The position numbers and the translations under genes were made by a program. This document shows, piece by piece, positions 24,511 through 36,500 of a stretch of DNA of 64,000 nucleotides; within the stretch, counting starts at the first letter, position 1, and each line of letters opens with the position of its first letter. Where the stretch lies: positions 7,254,001 through 7,318,000 of the forward strand of contig CM060734.1 of NCBI GenBank assembly GCA_030704615.1, written 5' to 3'. The notes under the pieces were generated by a model. It saw nothing but the letters and a program-made list of their open reading frames with translations, did not search any database and was not told where the DNA came from. Source of the DNA: Takakia lepidozioides. Taxonomy: Eukaryota > Plantae > Bryophyta.

Positions 24511-25033
24511 AGGGGGGCGATTGTGGTAGACTACTTTATTGTGTATATATGTGTGGTGTAGTTTGGACAGCGATGTAGTTGTGTAGCGATATGTACGCGT
24601 ACGATAGCTGTCACAGTGTGAAACTAACTAGAATAAAACTAGTTATTTGTATTTAACACTTGGATTTAGTTCAAGTATTAAGTCAGGTGTCAAGTTTAGT
24701 TTGACACCTGAACCGTCTTATCTTCACGAGAGCGTCAGTCGTGCGGCTCATCTCTCTCGAGTTGAGCCTGCACGACCGAGCTCTTTCATCGTTTAGAATG
24801 TGAGTGTGCTTATGAAGAGATGATAGGTTGTTGTGGGGTGGAGTCCCCATAGCTTAGGGTGCCCCTGGCTTGACTACTATTTTTAAAGAGTGATGGTGTT
24901 GGATTTCATGTTTCTTGTGTGAACAGTGTGTTCTTAGTTTTCTATCATTGTGGCAGACTACTTTATTGTGCATATATGTGTGGTGTAGTTTGGACAGCGA
25001 TGTAGTTGTGTAGCGATATGTATGCGCACGACA
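24511..25033 (+). repeat. Copy 2 3' end: PPT - A (24522-24606) - GC - B (24609-24947) - T - A (24949-25033)
   Basis: Two 85-bp A copies flank a B copy. PPT AGGGGGGCGA at 24511-24520. Confidence 0.9.
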
Positions 25034-27395
25034 CAAGGCTAGACTTTGTCTGGTGCTACATTGATGACATCATCATCTTTAGTGCCACGGTTGAGGAGCA
25101 TGAGAGACACCTTCAGGTGATGTTTGAGCGCTCAAGGGCACATGGATTGAAACTGCACCCTGGAAAGTGCAAGTTCTTCCATGATCAGATTGAGTATCTG
25201 GGCCCCATGATATACCTTGGAGAATTGGGTGTTCAATAGACAAAGATGGAGGCCATTGCACGTATTCCATGCCCCATAGATGTAAGCAGAGTTCGTGCTT
25301 TCATGGGGTTGGCAAACTACTATCGTCGGTTTGTCAAGGGATTTAGCAGCATTGCGAAGGCTCTTACCAAGTTGACCAAGGTGGGTCAGGAGTGGCAGTG
25401 GGAGGAGGAGCAGGAGGAAGCCTTTGAGGAACTCAATGCTCGATTGACTTCTGCACCTATTCTGACCTGCGGCCTATTCGGGGGCGGCCTTTCCAGCTAC
25501 ATACGGATTGGAGTATGCTGGGGATTGGAGCAGTGCTCACATAGGTGGATGATGAGGGAAGAGAGTTCGTAGTGGCATATGCTAGCCGCTCAAACAATGA
25601 TGCTGAGGCGAAGTATAGCTCATATGAAGGGGAATTTCTAGTTGCAGTATGGGCAGTGACACATTTCAGATGCTACCTCTATGACAATCTCTTCACCCTT
25701 GTCACGGATCACCAACCATTGAAGTGGTTGATGGAGTCAGACAAGCTTACAGGGAAGCTTGCATGGTGGCACTTATGCTTCAAGAGTACGCTTCCAGGTG
25801 GTGCGTTGAGCTGGAATAGTCAACCGGGATGCGGATGGATTGAGTCGCAATCCATGCACAAGTGAGCTTGATGATACAGGAGTTGACATGGTGAGACGGA
25901 TGAGGAGATGGTGCCAGGATGGCACGCATCTGTCTTTTTGTGCATTCTAGCAATGGGAGCTCAAGCTGGTCCATCCCATAGGATTGGTCATGTAGATGGT
26001 GTGCATGACGATCCGGAGATAAGTGAGGAGCTTGGTAGTGCTAAGGATGTGCATGAAGATGCAGCAGTGTTGGCTTATCTTCGTGCCGGAGAGACAGCAG
26101 TCAGTGTGACTGCGAAGGAGAGCGATCGGATCCTACAACGAGCCAAGAGGTTCAAGTGGGAGGGGACTCACCTACTCCATGTATGGGAGGATGGACGAGT
26201 GAGGATTGTGCCTCATCCAACACAACGAACGCGATTGGTACACCATGCCCATGAGGAGTTGGGACATTTTGGGGTGCGACGCACTCATAGTTTGCTGCAA
26301 GGGCAGTACTAGTGGCGGGGCATGCACACAGATGTGCAGCAGTTAGTGGCAAGATGCATGGTATGTGATAGAGTGCGGGCTTCTTTCAACGCCCTTACTC
26401 CACAATTGCATCTTTTACCCATTATGGGTTTGGGCTATCGTTGGAGCCTTGACTTCGCAGGCTCATTGCCACTAACGATTCGCCATAACAAGTATGTGCT
26501 GGTGATGGTGGAACACTTCTCCAAATGGATTGAACTAGTGGCATTGCCTGACAAGGCAAGTGAGGGGGCCGTGTATGCATCTTAGATTGAGTTCTTAGCC
26601 GATTCGGTGCTCTAGCCGAGGTACTCACGGTCTAGGGGAGAGAGTTCTTGGAGGAGTTTCAGGCTTTGTGTCAGCAAACCTTGATAGACCACCGCACTAC
26701 TTCTCGGGATCATCCTGAGGCTGATGGCTTGGCGGAAAGAGTTGTTCAGACAGTCAAGAGAGGCTTCCGCAAGTATGGCTTGCAAAAGGGACACTTAGGG
26801 GATTGGGACCTTCAGCTACCTTGGTTGGCCATGGGCTATAGGTTTAGCAAGCAAGCATCACTTGCCTCGTTCTCACCTTACTTTCTTCTCTTCGGTCGAG
26901 AGCCAGATTTGCCTGCATCTATTCGCAGTGAGGCTGCAGTAGTCCTTGACCTTGATGATCCAGATGTGTGGACACGCGCATGTGATCAGCGGGCAAAGTT
27001 GTTCAAGAGAGTCTTGCCTATGGCTTTTGAGAACCTTGCTATTGCCCAACACTGAGACACATTGAGGTATGCCACCATACGTGGAGGCGGATATCAACCG
27101 GGTGTTCGGAGATTCAACCCTGGGGACTATGTGTATCTGCAGCAGATAGCGCGTACGACCTTGGATGTCATAGCAGTGCAATTGTGCGCCATGTCACCTC
27201 CCACATGTGGATAGGAAGATAGATCCTAATCTTGCAGTGGTACCTGCAGGGTTGCGTTGCATGCTGGTGGTGCCACAACCATGTTGGTGTGTGACAAATG
27301 CTTAAGGGGGTGGCACATGGGATGTTTAACACCGCCACTTGAGGAGGTTCCTAGCAGAGAGTGGTTGTGTCCACGATGCCTTGGACAGAGGTAGT
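25034..27395 (+). pseudogene. Copy 1 pol 3' half: RT, RNase H, integrase, PHD
   Basis: WCYIDDII, TDHQPL, HEELGHFG, EHFSKWIE, GLAERVV and a partly deleted PHD. Many stops and frameshifts. Confidence 0.9.
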
Positions 27396-28304
27396 GGGCA
27401 TGGCAATGGTGAGGCTGATAAGTGATCCAAGGTCTAGCTAGTGGGGCTTCAATGCCATGGATACTCAACTGAAGATCATGGACCAACTTTTGCACCCAGC
27501 CTCTTGATCTATTGACTTTAGATGTTGGGACTTGTGCAATTGAAGACCAAGCGATGATCTTATTGAGATGGATACTTGTCGGCTATCCGGTGTTAGAGGG
27601 ACCTAATCACCAGCTAGGGGGCGGTTGTGGCATAGCTTTCTAGGATTGTATGCTTAGAATGTGTGATGGACAACGATGAATATTGTGGCATGATGCTTAG
27701 GTGCACGACAGAGATTACAGAAGGGATTTGGGGGTATTACCTCATGAGAGACATTATGAGTGATGAAAGAGGAAAAATAAGAGAGAAATATTCAACAAAA
27801 ACATAAAGCTATTTAAAAGCTAACTATCCACGGTTCTGGGAAAGGGGAATAGACGTAGGAGAATCATTTGAACCTCTTAGTCCACCTAAACTAGGGGAAA
27901 CACCACCTTTGTATGAAGATCCTTTATCTGGAACCACACCTTCTTACTCTTTACAGGAAAGACTGCGATATTTAGAAAAAGAAGAAGAAAGACCACAGGA
28001 AAATAGACCAGAAATAAACCCATGGGCAAGGGATTTGACAGAATTATATGAGCAGAGCTGGCATGACCTACACCAAAAGGGGGAACACCAAGTTCTCAAA
28101 CACCTATCAATGAAAAGGATGAGGAGGAGGATGCTGGTGGGAGTACTGACTCTCAGCTTGCAACACATTTAAGCATAGTTAGTGAGAATGAAGAACCTCA
28201 AGATGTCAAAATCTTGAGAGAACCAGAAGTGGAGATAGAGCCAGTAGAGACTGAAGGATCAGGCACTGGAGGACCCTTACTTCCTGCAGCAGAGAGAGAG
28301 ATGG

Positions 28305-28780
28305 ATATATATTAAATATGAGAGACTTTCTATATGATCAATAAAATACGTAATTGTTGTTATAAAGGATCTAGGTTCTCAATGTGTACAATTTGCTACA
28401 TGGTATCAGAGCTAGGATGACAAGGTTGTCACATTGAGTCACATGACAATCGACTAAGAATGAATAAAAATTTAGAGAAAGAGTCGACATAATGTCAACA
28501 ACTAGCACAAGTACTGGTGGACCAAGTGGCCCTGCTGGTACATGTAGTGTTTCTAGTGCTACTAATGGTGGTTTGAAAGTCCAAGCCATTACATATAGTC
28601 ACTATACTCCTGACTTGAGAGAAAATGATAGGTTCTAACTATGAAGACTGGAGCATTAGGGCAAACATATTTTAGAAGAAAGGGAGTTATGGGGCATAGT
28701 GGATGGAAGCATACCCAAACCTACTTTAAATGCACCACCAGCAGATATAGAAGGATGGAATGTGGGAGATAGAAAAGCGG
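28305..28780 (+). mobile_element. Ty1/copia 5' fragment (LTR end, tRNA-iMet PBS, gag start)
   Basis: ...TTGCTACA followed by TGGTATCAGAGC (28401-28412). Degenerate gag ELWGIVDGSIPKP...WNVGDRKA. Left boundary approximate. Confidence 0.7.
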
Positions 28781-29530
28781 CGGTCACCTCGGAGCCAGTG
28801 AGCTGGCGTCGGTCGCCCCGGAGCCGGGTGAGGTGGCGAGGCAAGCACCCGTCTTAGTGGTGGTCGCCACTCTGCCGGACGTGGTGGCGATCTCGGCAAC
28901 CGCCACCATGGCGGTCGCCTTCAAGGCGCCTGAGGTGGCCATGCAGACGACCGCCATAGTGGCAGTCGCCTCCTGTGAGGTCGCGACAGGGCATCCTCAA
29001 GCGCCGGTCGCCTCTGGTGAGGTGGCGGTCAGGCGGCAAGGGGGTGCCCGGAGGGGCGGGCGGGACGACCGCCACGTGCAGGTCGCAGGCGGGAGAAGTG
29101 GGCGACCGCCACATGCGGTCGCCTGGCGGGCCGTGGCTGCAATACAAGCACGTGGCAGGGCGGGTGGCTGGGCGACCGCCACGCGCGGTCGCCGGAGGGA
29201 CCACCACGTGGCCCCGCGTGCGGGATGGGCGACCGCTGTGTGGCGGGATGCGGGTGGGGGGTTGGGTGTGGGGGTATGGGCGGGGGGAGGGTGGAGGGGG
29301 TATAAGAGGGCAAGCCTCCCCCCCATTTTTTCACCTTTGCCTCCCCGTTCTCGAGCTTGAGGGTACTTTGGATGCTTCGCGTTCTGAGTCCGAGAGTTCG
29401 AACTGGAAGAGGCAAGGGTGCTTGGTATTTGAGGGGGGAGGTTTTTGATTTTTTTTCCCCTGAACTGACGAGAGAATTGGTTTAGGCAAGGGTGCTTGGC
29501 ATTTGAGGGGGGAGATTTTCGAGTTCTCAT
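28781..29530. repeat. GC-rich block of GGCGACC/GGTCGCC motifs followed by a TATA-like site
   Basis: Recurrent inverted heptamers 28781-29235; TATAAGA at 29301; duplicated GGCAAGGGTGCTTGGYATTTGAGGGGG (~29411, ~29485). Likely TE subterminal or promoter DNA. Confidence 0.4.
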
Positions 29531-29531
29531 G

Positions 29532-29868
29532 CGAGCTCACAAAGCTGAAGCTTAAACTCATGCATATATAAACTCATCACTCAAATACAAGTCAAGCCAA
29601 GTGCACCCCACGCCATGCCCACACTATGGCGCCATAGCTAGGCGCGGTGAGGCTCAACTCGAGAAAGATGAGCCTCCCGCACTTGCCGTGAAGATAACCA
29701 CTCCATGGCCTAAATCTGCCTTGACCCCTAGATTGACACTTGGGCCAATCCCAAATGTCAATATGTAAAAGCTAGCTATTTCCTAACTAGTTTCACACTA
29801 GTGGTAAAAAAACTTGACAGCTGTCGTGCGCATACATATCGCTACACAACTACATCGCTGTCCAAAAC
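29532..29868 (-). repeat. Orphan A-GC-B junction fragment of the DNMT/PHD family
   Basis: Reverse complement of ~17248-17591. Junction TTGACA-GC-TGTCGTG at 29814-29828. Confidence 0.88.
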
Positions 29869-29869
29869 T

Positions 29870-32200
29870 AGTCCGAACTGTCGATACCGGAAATGCCACC
29901 ACCCCAACCAGCTGTGCAAGGCTCCCAGATTGGTTGTCTCTACTGCACCTGACGTGTTCCACCAAGCCTCGATGATAGCAAACTTAACCTCCGCGTCATC
30001 AAATGTGGGTGCATCCTTCCACGCCGTACAAAGGACACGGTGTTCAGCCTGGAATGAGCTAGCAACAAATTTGGTAGTGTAGTGAGATAGATTCTGCATC
30101 CAATGGAATCCACAGGATCTCTCTTTCCCCTCCATTGGAACATTGGGGTCCTCACCGTACACACGCCGCACCGCTGCCCAGTTGGCCTGAGCGTTGTCTG
30201 CCATGAATCCCCTGAAATTGGGCTCTGGAAATCCCGCCCTTGCCATCTGCTCGTTTATGCCCTCCCACAGATGCATCTCCAACTGTGTGTCCTCCCCTTT
30301 CATCTCGCAGATTGCAATCGTCATGAGCCTCTTGGAGTGATAGTCATAAATATGCACATCCATAGTCACCCACTGATGGTTTGTAATTCGCTTGATGTGA
30401 TCAAACATCACCCAAGCATTCGACAAGTTTCCAGTTGTCATGCGAGTGACCAAGTCGACTCCACTCCCAGGCCCACACGTCGACATTTTAAAAATGTAAC
30501 AACGATCGGATTCGCTGCCTTGCCCTGGAAACCTGCTACCTTGGATGTAGTCATATCCAATCATTCGTTCCACCTCCATGATTGAGTGCATGTCCGACCC
30601 CCGGCCGAACTCCTGCTTGCAAGATACTATGTGATTCCGCACATTCGGACTACAAACATGCGAGACGGACTCCAACATGTCAAGCATCTCCTCTTCGTTC
30701 AAGGGCACTCGGTCTAAACCATCTTCAGAGATGATTTTTCCAAGAGCAATCTTGTGGGCTGCCTTCAACTGAATCTGCTTTGGTCTGGCTCCGGGGCTCA
30801 ATTTCACCTCCTCTTTTATGATGTCGTGTGCTTCCTGCACAGCCTCACGCATGTTGCCTCTCGCCAAGGGATGGCAGTGGACCCCAACGTGTATGCAAAC
30901 TCTAGTCAAGTCCGGGAGCAAATGGATTACGTAATATTGCTTGGCTCTGCACATGGACATGCACGTCGGTGGTTCTTTGCAATGTGCGCACTTGAAAGTA
31001 CCCACAGAAGCTTGGCTGGAGACAATGAATGGATGATGGGTTGTGCCAGTCCAATCCGTCTCGTTTCTCCGCCCTCCTTTGGAGAGAAAGTGGAAGCAGG
31101 CGGGATTGAGGCACCTCAGCTTCCCCGCATAGAGGACGTATCGTACACGAACACCATCAGCAATTTTCGTGCTACTGGTCTTCGTCACACACCAGGGGTG
31201 TCCGTCATGCTTTCGATCCATGTCTGTTAATATCCCTGAGGCTTTGTTTGACGAAGTAACAGGTGGAAACTCGAAGATGACATTGCCATCGACTTCGGGA
31301 GGCAGATACGTTACCTTCCTGATTGGAAATTTGGCATAGTCGAGAGCAGCCAGCTCAGAGCGAGAACCATCGAGGTGATGTTGCCGTAGGAGCTGCACAA
31401 TGGACCGGGTTGGAGTTATGCTCGAGGGTACATGCGTAGCACCTGCAGAGACGTCCATGTTGGATTTGAACGACCGTGTGGAGGACATGGGGACCTCATG
31501 CACTCATCTTCCTCGTCGGAAATGTCGAATACGTCGACACGAGAAGCTATGGAGGGTCTTGACGGTCCAGGTCGGGAATGATTATCGTTGCATACCTCTC
31601 TGTTGGCAGTGGCCGCCAGTCGGTTTCCCGACTCCTTTGTGGATGGTGTGGGCAGCGACTGATTCGGAAAGGGAATGGGCATTCCCACAGCTCGGTACAG
31701 GATGGTGTCTGATGGGGGTACGTGCCATTCGATTCCGCAACCTCCGTCGTTACCTAGCACGACAATGGTCTCGTCAACCTGTCCAGGAACATCCTTCCTT
31801 TCTTCTTCCAAATAAACTGTGCCCGGTTTCAGCTTGAATTTGGAACAAAGGTAAGTTTCAGTCACTCTGCAAAGTCCTCCCTCGTTTGGGATCCAGGCTC
31901 TCCCAAGTTGCGGAGGACAGCAAACTATAGCGTAGGAATTTGGAGCCATCGAAGACCGCACGAAGTTGGCAAGTGCGAGGTTCAGTATAGCGACAGACCA
32001 AGGCTCACAGGCACCATGTAAGGGATCTGCGGAGTCCATCGGCGATTGGAAGTCGCACAATGAAGTGGAAAGTATTGTTTCAAGCTACATGCATGAAGGT
32101 GGGAGGTGTGATTCCATATCCAATAAGTATGACAATGATGGCCGATTCGGCTACGAAATAACATCTCCTGACAGTTTCTCCTGAGGGTGGATCCAGCAGT
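29870..32200 (-). pseudogene. Mutator-like (MULE) DDE transposase, 3'-truncated
   Basis: ORF 29842-31503 has a Cys/His-rich domain (CLNPAC, CAHC, CIHVGVHCHP), then WVMFDH, GFMADNAQA and CGFHW (CxxH after the second Asp). Upstream ORF 31416-32060 is frameshifted. Confidence 0.65.
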
Positions 32201-32329
32201 ATTCTCGGTGCAGACATGAACGTTCGCACTGACAAGTGCCAGGACTGTTAGTTAAAACGGTTAGACAACCAAGTTGTGCTCATTAAGACAAGCCGCAATT
32301 GTGTTGTTTCGGAACAATGCAACCCATTG

Positions 32330-33506
32330 AGGTTCCACATGCGGAAATGAGGTTCCACATTTCAGTCCCGAGTGATACTTTCGATTGCTGTTGGACGGGA
32401 ATACGACGCCGCATTTCTGTTTTGCATCTTAGTCATGCACCAGTGCGACGGAAATGCGGCACCGAGTTTCCATCCGGAGGAAACCTTTATACTCTCCAGA
32501 ACGGAAATGCGGTGCCGCATTTCCATCCAACAAGTACGGTACGTGAAGGTGGAACGCAAATGCGGTACCACATTTCCGTTCTGATTGAGAATCAGGAACC
32601 ACGAGAACTGAAATGCGGCACCGCATTTCCGTCCGAGTCGCACCTTCCGACATACCAAAACGGAAATGCGGCGCCGCATTTCCGTTTTGTATCTGAGGCA
32701 TGGAGTTGAGGGACAGAAATGTTGCACCGCACTTCCGTCCGTTTGAGACCTTCATACTCTCCAGAACGGAAATGCGGTACCGCATTTCTGTTATGACTGA
32801 AAATCGTGAACCATCGGAACTGAAATGCGGCACCGCATTTCTGTCCGAGTCGCACCTTCCGACATTCCAGAACGGAAATGCGGCGCCGCATTTCCGTTTT
32901 GTATCTGAGGCATGGAGTTGAGGAACGGAAATGCAGCACCGCATTTCCATCCGTTTGAGACCTTCATACTCTCCAGAATGGAAATGCGGTACCGCATTTC
33001 CGTTCAGACTGAAAATCGTGAACCATCGGAACTGAAATGCGGCACCGCATTTCCGAGTCGCACCTACCGACATTCCAGAACGGAAATGCGGCGCCGCATT
33101 TCCATTTTGTATCTGAGGCATGGAGCTGAGGGACGGAAATGTTGCACCGCATTTCCGACCGGTTGAGACCTTCATACTCTCCAGAACGGAAATGCGGTAC
33201 CGCATTTCCGTTCTGACTGAAAATCGTAAACCATCGGAACTGAAATGCGGCACCGCATTTCCGAGTCGCACCTACCGACATTCTAGAACGGAAATGCGGC
33301 GCCGCATTTCCGTTTTGTATCTGAGGCATGGAGCTGAGGGACGGAAATGCTGCACCGCATTTCCGACCGGTTGAGAATTTCATACTCTCCAGAACGGAAA
33401 TGCGGTACCACATTTCCGTTCTGACTGAAAATCGTGAACCATCGGAACTGAAATCCGGCACCGCATTCCCGTCCTAGTCGCACCTTCTGACATTCCAGAA
33501 CGGAAA
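32330..33506. repeat. Tandem ~208-212 bp array of palindromes, left part
   Basis: About four GAAATGCGGnnCCGCATTTC palindromes per monomer. ATCGGAACTGAAAT recurs at ~32813, 33025, 33233 and 33441. Confidence 0.92.
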
Positions 33507-36500
33507 TGTCGCACACCTCACTTCGGTAAACTCCCCTTCAAGTCATAGTTACTCGCTTTGATGCGCGCGCCTGACTCCCAACCTGGCCGCCGGGCCAACT
33601 TGGAGCTTCGGCTGCTCACCGGGACATAACGGTCCCCCTTCGCTCCCCCACTAAACCCTCCACCTATTTGGGCCTAGTGGAATTCCCTTTGGTAGATGGC
33701 AGTCCGGAACAGCTCCCCAGTCTTTGGTCGCTTTCCGGCTCGCTCGCTCACTCACTAGTTTTTGGTCACCAACGGGCTTGCACCATTCTCGGGGTTACTA
33801 CTCCCTATATATACTTCTATAGCTGTGCGCGGGGGTTTCACAACCAGCCATGTCATTTTATGGCGAACCACCACGAAAACCCTCGACTCCCGGTGATGAG
33901 TCGCGGTGAGTCTTGGCCCACTCATCGCGGCCCCTATGGACCGTGATGAGTCCCAAGACTCCCCACGACTCCCACCACGAGGTCTCCGCCCCCATGGTGA
34001 GTCCTATGCCACCCCCACTAAGTCCCGCTAAGCTTCCACCACCCCTTGTGGAGCCACCCCCACCGCAACCCGGTGTGCGGGGCTCCACCTAGTGAGCGCC
34101 TCCGCCTCCTTGAGTGCCTTGGGCACTCAAGGGTGCTTCAGCCCCCCCATCCTATCGCTGTCGCTGCCCCCACCACAGGGGCAGCCCCTCACGTGTCCCG
34201 ACCCCCCCTGCCCTCAAGGCAAAGGGCCGTGACACACACCCCTACCAACAGGGAGTCGATGTCCTGATCGACTTGTCCGTTTTGTAGAAACGAACATCCA
34301 AGTTGTGGCGTCCCACATCAAGGAGTTTGTTTCCGTACCATGGCGTCCCATGGCAAAGAACCAAACCCCACACTTGATTCTACTCTCCACTAGCTAGTTC
34401 GGCCGACTTCCTCCTAGTCCCGGCCAAGGGTGGAGCCCCTCAAGCTCCTTCCAGTGCACTCTTCTTGGCCTACTTCAAGGCCAAGGAACGATCCTCCCCG
34501 AGGATCGAATCGCCTTACTGCAACAACATTGCTTGCGACCGCTCATGATGCCGCTTTTGGCATCACCTTGAGCAAGGGTTCACCTGGAACCCTCTTTGAC
34601 TAGGAAGATAACCTTGAACCAACCGTGCGCCCCAATCACTACAATTGGGTCCGCCTTGGAATGCTGGCCTGAGGTACGGGAACACGCCGAAGCCGCACTA
34701 CAACTTCGTCCCGAGGCTACACGATTATAGTACGTGAACGGAAGCACGTAGCTTCCGCGTTAGCCCGCACTACAAGGCAACCCTCTCGGTAGCGCAGTTA
34801 TAGTACGCGCATGCGCTAGGTGCGCACTAGCACGTGAACTCCCAAAGAAGGCACAAGTTTCCTTGCCCCTTGGATGGGGGTTACCCGATTTCGGCACTAC
34901 GCAAACACACGGTTAACCCAATTTACCTCTCCCACTTTTATAAGCTAGCATGCATTCTACACACTAGCCAACCATACCATGCATCACCATTCCAAACAAA
35001 ATAGGACGCACAACATTTGGAAACCATTTCATTTATAGCACGTTTTGTACAATACAAGTTTTTGCAATCGGATTCCTAAGCTAGCTAAGCCGGGCTAAGC
35101 ATGCATTTCCTCCCCCACGCTCCAAGGTTGATGTCTCCATCAACGCTTCTTCCGCTTTTGAGGTCGCCCTTCGAAAACTGCAACCGCCTCGGATGCGTTT
35201 CCCATTTCTGAGGCACGCACCCAAGATGCCTCCACATGATGATAGCCCTTCCATTTGACGAGATACTCCGTTTTCGGTTCTTGAACCTCCTCGACTTAAG
35301 TATTGCCTCCACCTCGTACTCAGGTTCATTTTCATGATCCAACAGCATAGGTGGCGGACGCAACACTTGATGCCGATTCGGACGCGCTTCATCTTTGAAG
35401 TAAGGCTTCAAAAGGGAGACATGGAATACTGGGTGCACCTTGCTGTTTGCCGGCAGCTCCAATTCATACACATCCTCATTCATGACCTTCCGAATGCGAC
35501 CGCATACGGAGGTACGAACTTCGGACTGACTTCCGGAGGTAGTCGGAAATTCTTGATATTCAACCAGACCTCTGTGCCTGCCTCAAACTTCACTTCCCTC
35601 CGCTTCCGATTCGCCTGCCTTTCATACCGTTTCCTAGCTTTGGCAATGTTGTACTTTGCGAGCTTCAACAAACGCTCGCGTTCTTCCAGTACTGCCGCTA
35701 CTGCCGGTTCCTCAACGTCCTGGGCGGCCCAACTTGTCGGCACCAGAGGTGCTTTTCCATAGACCAATACGAAAGGGGAAACTCCCGTTGCGGAGTGTTC
35801 TGTGTTATTATAACAGAACTCTGCCGCGTCTAAGTGTTCCACCCAGTCTGTTTGGTCTGCCGACACGTAATTCCGCAAGATTTGCTTCACTACGGAATTC
35901 ACTCTTTCTGTTTGGCCGTCGGTCGTAGGTCGGAAGGCGGTGCTCATCTTCAGCCTCGTCCCCATCTTCTTCCAAAGTGCCCTCCAAAATTTACTCGTAA
36001 ACTTTGGATCGCGGTCCGAGACAATATCCTTCGGGACTCCATGATGCTTTAAGACGTGGGTGAAGTAAAGTCGCCGTGTCTCCTGCGCCGTTGCCGTCTC
36101 CTTGGTGGGGATGAAATGGCCCATTTTACTGAACCTATCCACCACCACCATGATTGCATCGAATCCTTTTGACAGCGGCATAGCAGTCATGAAATCCATC
36201 GAGACGCTTTCCCAAGTCCCCTCTGGAATCGGCAAAGGTTGTAACAGCCCCGCTTGCTTTTTGTACTCGCTCCGGTTTTGTTGGCATGTGGTGCATGTCT
36301 TGACATACTCCTCTGCCTCCTCCCTCAGTTTGGGCCAGAAATACTCTTTCTTCAAGAGTGCCGCAGTGCGCTTGGCTCCACCGTGGCCCGCAAGCGGGCT
36401 ATCATGGCATTCTCTCAAGAGGCTATCTCTGATCCCTCCCTTCGGCACATAGAGACGCTTTTGCTTATACCGGAGCAATCCATTTTGCAAGTGGAACTGC

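Larger units (their letters stand above)
5762..25033 (+). mobile_element. DNMT/PHD Ty3/gypsy-type element, copy 2, inserted in the RT of copy 1
   Basis: Starts TGTCAAG, ends CACGACA. TSD CAGG (5758-5761) / CAAG (25034-25037), one mismatch. Removing it restores the RT frame of copy 1. Confidence 0.88.
1..27710 (+). mobile_element. DNMT/PHD-bearing Ty3/gypsy-type retrotransposon, copy 1 (outermost; 5' end outside window; own sequence 1-265, ~1925-5761, 25034-27710)
   Basis: Gag N-terminus 23-265, Zn knuckles and protease 1933-3741, DNMT ~3820-4720. RT is split at 5761/25034 and rejoins in frame as KILAG|LDFVWCYIDD. RNase H, integrase and PHD 25500-27390. PPT AGGGGGCGGT ~27616-27625, then 85-bp segment A 27626-27710 ending CACGACA. 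Confidence 0.9.

Noticed and set aside
5762-25033. DIRS/PAT/Ngaro tyrosine-recombinase element
   Set aside because: A DDE integrase, aspartic protease, PPT and 4-bp TSDs are present. No YR motifs were seen, and the methylase is C5-type, not adenine-type.
28833-29561. Arg/Ala/Pro-rich ORFs on both strands
   Set aside because: GC-rich repetitive DNA with no domain signal.
32299-33516. Many overlapping ORFs (e.g. 280 aa) in the array, also at 40394-41306
   Set aside because: By-products of a stop-poor palindromic repeat that is open in several frames on both strands.
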